DNA from: Guillardia theta CCMP2712
Taxonomy: Eukaryota; Protista; Cryptophyta
DNA: 46,978 nt
Assembly: GCF_000315625.1 (NCBI RefSeq)
Contig: NW_005434420.1
Coordinates: forward strand, 1-46,978
Direction: 5' to 3'
Position numbers and translations under genes: made by a program. Under the pieces are notes generated by a model. That model worked only from the letters and a program-made list of their open reading frames with translations, searched no databases and was not told the DNA's origin. Positions 37,990-46,978 of this stretch are shown here, piece after piece (the first letter of the stretch is position 1; each line of letters opens with the position of its first letter).

Positions 37990-39990
37990 TCAGACGTCAC
38001 GTGACATCCCGCGACCCTGGTCGAGATCATCGAATGCCTGCAAGACTGTCAGTTTCTGATCGCTGTGCCTTCTCCATCCTCTACCAATGCTTGCTCGACC
38101 ATCCCCTTCCTTCTTCTCATCATACCTGGCGCCAGTTGTTTGGCTGGGCTCCCCCTACACCTCCTGCAGCGCTCTGCTGCACCGGCTGAGCTGACATCCA
38201 GTTCGCTGGCGCGTTGCCGGCGTTCTCATCGATCATGCGGGGAGGAGGAGCCGACATGAAGGAGTTTGGCATGCCACCGGGCATCATCGACGTTTGCATA
38301 GGAGACATCATCATCTGGCTGGGCTGAGACATCTGAAAAAAATATCGGTGACTATCGACCCAAATTTAGCCAAGGCTCTACCTGACGCGGCGAGCTCATC
38401 TGCTGCATCGTCGCCATCTGTGACAAAAGCATGCCGAGCTGCTCCTGCGAGATAGGCGAGTTCTTTCCAGAGGATTGTTTGCCAGCCTTAGATTTCTGAC
38501 TCTGGTTGCTCTCGCCAGCTTGGTCATCGACGTCTTCGTCGTCGTCCGACATCTCTTGCGCTTCCATTTCAGCCTGCTGTCGGCGGCGGAGCTCCTGTAT
38601 CTTCCCCGTCATCCTCTCGCGCCCTCCCTCCTCGCCCCCTCCTTCTGACCCGCATCTTCTTCTTCTCCGCGTTGAAGTCTTCCATCAAGTCCGACTTCGT
38701 CACCTTCAGCTCTGACAGCTCAAGATTTGCCTTGTCCATGAGCAGCTGGAACCGAAGTAGCGCAAACCCGTCTGCACACACCCAACACGCCCCGTCAGAA
38801 ACAACTCGTCATACCCCTCCACCCTCCTACTCACACATAGACTTCGCCAGCACGTCCATCACAACGTTGATGCAATGCTCCGTCACTTGGTCGATCACCT
38901 TGGTCTTGAGCAGCAGCCACAACACCGGGTACACCATCCAGATGCAGAAGTAGGTGCTCAAGGCCGTCTGCAGTGGGTTCCTCACGTTCTTGTTGCGGAA
39001 ACCTGTCAATCACATCCCTCCGTCACGTCCCCGCCCCTCTACTCCCTCCCGCCAGATCCACCTGCTTTCGAGGCCACCGACACTCGCCGGGACTGGGTCG
39101 TGTTGCCCTTCTTGGCGAAGTACTGGATGAAGCGTACCTGCGCGCACTTGCATCAGCCACCATGTCCTGCCTCCTGCCTCCCTTCCCTACCTGCACGAGG
39201 CTAATGATGTTGAACCACGTGTAGCTGAACAGCAGCATCCCAAACGCAAACCACAGAAACCTGTACATCCCATCCTCAGCCTCCAGCCCTCAGTATCCCC
39301 TCGCCTCTCCCTTGACATACGTGGCTGGTGGTGGTGTGTTCGCAGACATGAAGCCGGTAAAGATCGTGATCTGCACGTACACCGCGTAGGTGATCTTGTA
39401 CGGCAGGTTGAGCGTAGTCAGCAAATCGAAGGTCTGCCACACTCCGTCAGCCTCACCTCCCCTCTCTTACTCTTCGTCCCTACCAGAAGAGGGCAGGTGA
39501 TGAGGTAGTCAAAGTACTTGTACAGGATGATGTTGGTCGCGGCCCCGACGTCTCCGGACAAGTGCGACGTGATTCTTGCGTACTGCGCCATCCTCCCGTC
39601 AGCTCCGTCAGCTCCGTCAGCTCCTCTGTCCTCCTCCCCATCCCTTTGCCCGCTCCCCACCACTCCGCATCGTCACTCACATATGCCACTGCCGCAAACA
39701 GATTCACGTACAGCGAGATCATCCCCTTCTCACGGTACCCTGCACGCCGTCAGCTTTCACCCCCAGCCTCCTGACCCTCATCTCGCGCCTTACCGAAGAA
39801 GTAGAGGATGTCTTTGTTGGGCGGCTTGAAGTTCATCAGCCTGTACGCCAGCACGGCCGCAGTCCCTCCCAGCGAGATGAAGCCGACCCAGTCTGCGATC
39901 AATCGGTCATGACATGGGCTTGAATGACAGCGGAGTACCAAGTGCCTGGACGACGGGGGTGCGCAAATAGGCTACCGAAGAGGTGCTCAT
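37990..39990 (-). CDS. Bacteriorhodopsin-like cation channelrhodopsin (cryptophyte BCCR, GtCCR family), copy A, 12 exons, ~440 aa
   Basis: Spliced: MSTSSVAYLRTPVVQALDWVGFISLGG...YFFGYREKGMISLYVNLFAAVAYYARITSH...LYKYFDYLITCPLLTFDLL...NLPYK...YFCIWMVYPVLW...VMDVLAKSMYGFALLRF. TM3 has D-T-D at the bacteriorhodopsin D85/T89/D96 positions, K at R82 and the xCP motif; TM7 has DxxxK with the retinal lysine. Long cytoplasmic tail ends AFDDLDQGRGMSRDV*. May be a published GtCCR, but I cannot assign the number. Confidence 0.93.
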
Positions 39991-41307
39991 GGTATGAACT
40001 CAAAGGTTCGATGAGTAGCACAATATTCTGGTCTGAGAGTTGAAAGATAGATTTTCTGTCAACCACAGCATGCTTCAGTACATTGAATCAGCGGTTGTTG
40101 TACTTGGATACTTTCTAATGCTGTACTGATTGCATCTCTTTCCTTCAGTTCCTGCTCATAGGGCTGAGATCTATTCGTTCAGGAAACAAGGTATCTTGTT
40201 GCTTCTTCTACGTTCCTCCCCATCCTCCTCCTTTTCCTTCTCCATCCTCGCCGCCTCTCTCCCTCGCAACCCTCAATATCCATTTCACAGTGAGCTCTGA
40301 TACACTCCTCAAACCCACCCCTACCCACTCTCTTGATACCCCCCATGCATTCCACCCTCCTATTCATATGGGATGACCCGGTTCTTTTAGTCCTTTGTAC
40401 CAGACAGAATCAATTCACCCCATCCCTTTGGATATCCACGAGTTTCCTCTAGTCCCCCACCCCCTTATCCCCCGCAATCTCCACCTACCCATTGCCCCAT
40501 TCTTGGGTCTATTTTAATTTCAGATACAGGATGCAGTCCCGAGGACGGGGTGGGTGAGCAGTCATTGAGGGGGTAGGGTGGGTCACACACCTAACGCAAC
40601 AACCAAGGAGGTCGATGATTTCGCTGGGGTCGGTAGAAGGGGATAGAAACGGATATGAAAATGAGTAAAGAAATTGTATGGAGAATACTACTGTAAAAAT
40701 TAATGTAAGGCATTTTGGTACTGAAAGAATTGACGAGCGAGGGGCCGTAAGAGAATGTCGGATCGGGGGTGGTAGACTATTTGGGATTTGTGGGGGTGCA
40801 CAAAGGTTGAGGAGGGGGTGGGGTCCAGAGAAAATGGGGGACTCCACCACATCCCGAGTAACCGAGCAGGAGACAACTAAAATACTTTTAAAATGGGTCT
40901 TTCTTACAATGGTTGTAGTCAAGTTTGATGGCTCTTGTTCTCATAGAGGGACGGCGGCATGGTGGCAAAAGCGGGGAAAGGGGAGACGGCAGGTACAGCC
41001 ATTAGCAGATCCGTCTCAAACATGGTCTCACTTTTAACCCCAAGATGTTCCGATGGGGATTGAAGCAGTAGATGCATCATCACAAAATTCTTGCAGGGAG
41101 CATGGGGAAACAGAAGAAAACTGATGTCTAGAAATGTCCAACTACAAGTGTACAAGTTCATGATAATTCGAACAAACGATATTGCACATGGCATTGCCAC
41201 ATGTCATATCTTCACAAGAGCTAAAACGGAAAATTAAGCAAAAGCCAAGGATCGATGCGATCACAACTATAAACAAGCCCACACAGGAGCTGCTACATAT
41301 GTCAATA

Positions 41308-43248
41308 TCACACATCACGCGACATCCCGCGACCCTGGTCGAGATCATCGAATGCCTGCAAGAATGTCAACACCATCAGTAAAATCTCAATCCCTTCAAG
41401 ATCAGCTGACCTGGCGCCAGTTGTTTGGCTGGGCTCCCCCTACACCTCCTGCAGCGCTCTGCTGCACCTGCTGAGCTGACATCCAGTTCGCTGGCGCGTT
41501 GCCGGCGTTCTCATCGATCATGCGGGGAGGAGGAGCCGACATGAAGGAGTTTGGCATGCCACCGGGCATCATCGACGCTTGAAGGGGTGAAGCTGGTTGA
41601 CCGATCGGTGCCATCTACAAGATATCGGTGACTATCGACCCAAAACTAGCCAAGGCTCTACCTGACGCGGCGAGCTCATCTGCTGCATCGTCGTCATCTG
41701 TGACAAAAGCATGCCGAGCTGCTCCTGCGAGATAGGCGAGCTAGTGCCTGAAACATGATTGCCTCCCTTGATCTGATTCTGACGACTGTTGCCATGCGCC
41801 TCCTCCTCGTCATCCGATAATTCTTCTCCTTCCATTTCAGCCTGCTGTCGGCGGCGGAGCTCCTGTATTTTCCCCGTCATCCTCTCGCACCCTCCCTCCT
41901 CGTCCCCTCCTTCTGACCCGCATCTTCTTCTTCTCCGCGTTGAAGTCTTCCATCAAGTCCGACTTCGTCACCTTCAGCTCTGACATCTCAAGGCTCGCCT
42001 TGTCCATGAGCAGCTGGAACCGAAGTAGCGCAAACCCGTCTGCACACACCCAACACGCCCCGTCAGAAACAACTCGGCATACCCCTCCATCCTCCTACTC
42101 ACACATAGACTTCGCCAGCACGTCCATCACAACGTTGATGCAATGCTCCGTCACTTGGTCGATCACCTTGGTCTTGAGCAGCAGCCACAACACCGGGTAC
42201 ACCATCCAGATGCAGAAGTAGGTGCTCAAGGCCGTCTGCAGTGGGTTCCTCACGTTCTTGTTGCGGAAACCTGTCAATCACATCCCTCCGTCACGTCCCC
42301 GCCCCTCTACTCCCTCCCGCCAGATCCACCTGCTTTCGAGGCCACCGATACTCGCCGGGACTGGGTCGTGTTGCCCTTCTTGGCGAAGTACTGGATGAAG
42401 CGTACCTGCGCGCACTCGCATCAGCCACCATGTCCTGCCTCCTGCCTCCCTTCCCTACCTGCACGAGGCTAATGATGTTGAACCACGTGTAGCTGAACAG
42501 CAGCATCCCAAACGCAAACCACAGAAACCTGTACATCCCATCCTCAGCCTCCAGCCCTCAGTATCCCCTCGCCTCTCCCTTGACATACGTGGCTGGTGGT
42601 GGTGTGTTCGCAGACATGAAGCCGGTAAAGATCGTGATCTGCACGTACACCGCGTAGGTGATCTTGTACGGCAGGTTGAGCGTAGTCAGCAAATCGAAGG
42701 TCTGCCACACTCCGTCAGCCTCACCTCCCCTCTCTTACTCTTCGTCCCTACCAGAAGAGGGCAGGTGATGAGGTAGTCAAAGTACTTGTATAAGACGATG
42801 TTGGTCGCGGCCCCGACGTCTCCGGACAAGTGCGACGTGATTCTTGCGTACTGCGCCATCCTCCCGTCAGCCCCGTCAGCTCCTCTGTCCTACTACTCCC
42901 CCCTTGCCCGCTCCCCACCACTCCGCATCGTCACTCACATATGCCACTGCCGCAAACAGATTCACGTACAGCGAGATCATCCCCTTCTCACGGTACCCTG
43001 CACGCCGTCAGCTTTCACCCCCAGCCTCCTGACCCTCATCTCGCGCCTTACCGAAGAAGTAGAGGATGTCTTTGTTGGGCGGCTTGAAGTTCATCAGCCT
43101 GTACGCCAGCACGGCCGCAGTCCCTCCCAGAGAGATGAAGCCGATCCAGTCTGCAATCAATCGGTCATGACATGGGCTTGAATGACAGCGGAGTACCAAG
43201 TGCCTGGACGACGGGGGTGCGCAAATAGGCTACCGAAGAGGTGCTCAT
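41308..43248 (-). CDS. Bacteriorhodopsin-like cation channelrhodopsin (BCCR), copy B, tandem paralog
   Basis: Same 12-exon layout and motifs as copy A. Differences in the 7TM region are WIGF vs WVGF and NIVLY vs NIILY, plus DKASLEMSE vs DKANLELSE just after TM7. The tail is more divergent but has the same terminal peptide. Confidence 0.93.
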
Positions 43249-44613
43249 GGTATGAACTCAAAGGTTCGAGGAGTCTGAGATTATGTTTGCTGTGTTCTTT
43301 GCTTTATCTGGCATGCGATTCATTAGTTTTCTCATGTTTGAGATGTTTTTTTGAAAATCACGTACGCATGCTGGTACATTCGCAGGTATCTGCTAACTTT
43401 TGCGATCAATTCTAGACTATAATCAAATAAAGGGGTCTGCGTGTGCATTGAGTTTTGACATGATTTGCTACTCAAACAATTGAAAATCAAACCACGCACT
43501 CAATCTTTCAAATTGTACTCATGTATACATTCCACTGTTATCTCCCCTTTCATTGAGTGTGCTATTTCAATCCATCCGATCGACCATCCTGCGTACTTCT
43601 TCTTTTCCTCTCTCAGTCATCCTTTGCTGCCCTTGTCTCCTCTCCGTCAACCTCCGCCATCTCCCAGACTGTCGCCGCCTTTGCCTCGCCAATATGACTC
43701 GCGGGATTCGAGGGACTCCACCCCAGGTCAACAAGTTTCCCAACAGGGTGAGAGGGTGTATAGGGAAGTGGGGTACTTCTCAGGGGAAGATGGGGGTAGG
43801 GTCATACATAGATAGGGTCATTGGGATGTGAAAATGATGACGGGGGACCAGAAATGGTGAAAGGTATCTTGAGGATCCTAGATGGTGGGTGGTCAACATC
43901 AATATCACTCACATTTGTTTCCATAGTACAAAAATTCTACAAATAATAATGAGTAAACATTGACGATAGATCAACATGGAGGTATCTAAGGCCCCCAAGG
44001 GGACGGGGTACCAAGGAAAATACCTGAAACAATGTACTGTTATGAATAGTTTTGAGTTCATGAAAAAGTATCTTTTCACTGACTGGGGGTCAGATCAATG
44101 GCCCTTTGGTACAGAACATCCCTGGTACAATTTGTACCGGGATGACGGCAGATTGGATCTCGGGGGGTCATGTTCAGGGGCTGCAAAAAGGGGCAGGTCG
44201 TCAGATACGGTCGTATCTCAGGGACGGAACGGTCCATGTCACACTGCAGTGGAAACGAGCGTTTCCGTATCGACTGTTCTAAAACGTTTTACTCCTCTCT
44301 GTTGCTACTGGATTTACGGCCCCTCAAATAGCACGGGAGCCCTAGTAGCCTACAACGCCTATGGCGAGATCGGTAGCTGGTTACATGTAATTTTATCATA
44401 TATTATTGATTTCTAAAAATGAATGTAAGGGCGGTTACACTCTGGCTACATGGTAGTAACGGATACTTCAGTCTCGTACAACAAATGTCTGGTACATCCC
44501 CGGGGCCCGAAGGGAGAAAAAAAAAGGTCAAACTCGAACAACAAGACAACGGGTCAACATCATCAAGTCTGCTGTGGAAGAGAGTGTGTGTGGTGGTGGT
44601 GTTCCTTCAGAAG

Positions 44614-46851
44614 ATGGCGCGAGGAGCGCTTGCAAGCCTCGTCGCCCTCTGTCTGCTGGGCTCGAGCTCGAGTGTGAGCTCGTCCTACACGCTCAACGAT
44701 GGGACAGGGAGGACGAGCGATGGTAACATCCTGTACATGTGGGGGAGGAACAACGTTGCGCAACTCGGGGTTGTCTCATGCGTGCAAGACACAAGGTTCT
44801 TCACCTTCTCGTGCCTCCCTGATACAGTCGACCGGTCGACACCCTCTGCTTGCCCGCTGCTGGGATACTCCAAGGTTCTGAATGCCAGTCTGGGCAACAC
44901 CGTCTCCTTCGTGCTGCTTGCCGATGGCAGCGTGTACTCATGGGGGGAGGGGCAGTACTTGGGAGTGGAGACAAGCGAGCTGTACACCGGGGTACCGAAC
45001 CTCGTGGATGGACTAGCGGGAACGAGGAGGATTGAAGTCGGTTACACGAGCACACTCGCATCCTTTGCTCCTCGCCAGGGGAACATCATCGAGTACGATG
45101 ACTTCCAGAACTTTCACAGCGACTTCAGGTCGGGGCCGTCAGCTTCGATCTTGTTTCGGACTCCTCTCCTGACTTCCTGTCTTCAGCTTCGTTGGGGATG
45201 CACAGCCCTCGTTCTCGCCTCCTCTTGACTGCCCAAGATGCGTTGCATGGGAGAAGTCGAAAGCTCAGCCTGTAGGGTTTGCACCCATCACAGGGTACAA
45301 GTGTCAGGCTCCACTATGGGGAACTCTATCCAACCCCTGGTGTGCGAGTCATAAGTGAGTTTGTCTTCCTCACAGGATGGCAGGTGCTACGTCGGGAGCT
45401 TTGCTTCGGCTCCTTGCAAGAATGCCATACAGGCGGGTCCCGTGCCGGTACGCCATGGGAGGCAGGAGGGAGATGGGGGCTAATGCCGGGGGCAGGGTGA
45501 GCCCGGGATGTTCTATTTCCTCACAGAGTGCGTTGACAACGGCAGAGTCCATCTCACTCCCTATCCCCCGGAGCCGAACAAGAGAGGGTTCGTTAAGGAG
45601 AGACGAGCAGGGGAGCGACGGCTGAGGCTGCTTCAGATGCCTGTGGTACAACCGGCCTGTAGAGGTCTTCTCTGCTTTCACCTCCACGTTCCGCTTCGAG
45701 ATCGAGGTCTTTTATTCCTGTCCCCTACTGCCCGTCCTTACTGCCGGCCTTGCCCAGGGCTCGGAGCTCGACGCAACGCATGGAGGAGGAGACGGCATTG
45801 CCTTTGTAATGCAGAACGAGGGACCAACAGCATTGGGAGGGAGCGGCAATGTGTGAAGCTCCTTCCCAACACTCTTGGTGTATGTGCTCATGACCGATAC
45901 GTAGGATCTTGGGGTAGCAAAGAGTGACAGATACAGCTTCACTCGAGGTTGTAGACGTTTTTGTTCTCATCCCTTGCCAGTTTTTCCGTTCCTTTGTACT
46001 TCTCCCTCCCTCCCTCCCTCCCTCCCTTCCTCTCTCCCTCCCTCTCTCCCTCCCTCTCTCCCTCCCTCTCTCCCTCCCTCCCCCGTTGAGAAGAAAACCT
46101 CGTTTTACTTACTCGCACCAGTCAACAAGATACAGTTGTCTGACTTATTTCGTCTCTCCGCAGGCATACACGATGCTGCTGCATTTGAAATTCGAACTTT
46201 CGACGAGCCAGGGTCACACATGAACTTTTATCATACCTCATCCATGTTTTCCTTTTGAATTGCATTGCTCCTGTGCTATGTTTCCAAACTTTCTCATCAT
46301 CAACATCATTGTTCTTCTTCTCCTCCTCCTCCTACACCAACACCACAACTCCTTCCACTGTTACCTCCTCCTACTGTTACCCTGCCTTCATCCCCCTTGC
46401 CTATCCTTCCCTCCCGTGTCGCGGACCCGCATGTCTGCCATCTCTCTACTTGAGACTAACCAGCATCCCTTCCTCACTCCTGCTTCTGCAGTCTTGTCAT
46501 CAGGGCATGCGGAGCGGGGAAGGCGTACGTGAGAGACGTGGGAGCTGGTCCTGATTGTTCTGCTCGGCTGTTGACCAAGACAGCAGACGAACGTGTCCTG
46601 TGTGAAAGCAAGAACAGACTTCAACGTGCAGGAGACGTCAATTTCTACTTTCAGTACTCCTCCTCCTCCTCTAGCATTACCACCAACTCTTCTACCTCAG
46701 CCCAACGCTCTCCTCACACTACATCACCTCCCTGGCCCCTCCTCTACCTTCCATCATCTGTACCTACTCCTCCTCCCCCCCCTCTCCTCCTCCTCCTCTA
46801 GAATCGCCTTTCCCTACATCTCCGACACCACAACTTCCTCCACACCACCTT

Positions 46852-46926
<75 letters not shown>

Positions 46927-46978
46927 TCCATCATCATCATCTCCATCATCATCATCATCATCGTCATCATCATCACTC
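44614..46978 (+). CDS. Secreted/surface protein with RCC1-like repeats and a legume (L-type) lectin domain; multi-exon, apparently 3' partial
   Basis: Signal peptide MARGALASLVALCLLGSSS; RCC1 repeats LYMWGRNNVAQLG and SFVLLADGSVYSWGEGQYLG...PNLVDGL; lectin motifs RVHLTP...KRGCLWYNRPVEVFSAFTSTFRFEI, GGGDGIAFVMQN...ALGGSG, AAAFEIRTFD. Last visible exon is near 46490-46650. Confidence 0.7.
46851..46974. repeat. (CAT)n trinucleotide microsatellite
   Basis: About 40 units with a few interruptions at the window end. Confidence 0.95.

Noticed and set aside
37990-43248. Rhodopsins as anion channelrhodopsins or proton pumps
   Set aside because: ACRs lack the acidic D85 homolog, which is present here. 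The xCP motif, Lys at the R82 position, GYRE and the long tail fit cryptophyte BCCR channels better than pumps.
43976-44416. 146-aa ORF upstream of the RCC1/lectin gene
   Set aside because: Lies in the G-run degenerate block, has atypical composition and no motif.
46764-46976. Poly-Met ORF (also the Met-rich start of the 22436-22819 ORF)
   Set aside because: Translation of intronic (CAT)n repeats.

Overview
Eukaryotic nuclear DNA from a chromosome end. The window starts with a (CCCTAAA)n telomere. Genes are packed tightly and broken by many ~45-60 bp GT-AG introns with CTGAC-type branch sites, and longer introns carry microsatellites. A plastid-targeted protein with signal peptide plus Phe at +1, and DTD-type channelrhodopsins, point to a cryptophyte alga (Guillardia theta-like; inference). 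Genes in order: degenerate subtelomeric ORFs; two-RRM protein (+); ankyrin/coiled-coil protein (+); type I L-asparaginase homolog with an altered active site (-); four-domain voltage-gated cation channel with an unusual K-D-D-D filter (+); single-pass receptor joining a periplasmic-binding-protein-like ectodomain and Cys-rich repeats to a cytoplasmic RelA/SpoT-like nucleotidyltransferase domain (-); GT23/FUT8-like fucosyltransferase (+); helical hypothetical protein (-); plastid-targeted GluTR-binding-protein/HugZ-like protein (+); two tandem bacteriorhodopsin-like cation channelrhodopsin genes (-); and a secreted RCC1 + L-type lectin protein (+, runs off the window). The best candidates for undescribed biology are the receptor-RelA/SpoT fusion and the K-D-D-D channel. 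All gene models were spliced by eye, family calls rest on remembered motifs rather than database searches, and internal exon boundaries are approximate unless stated.
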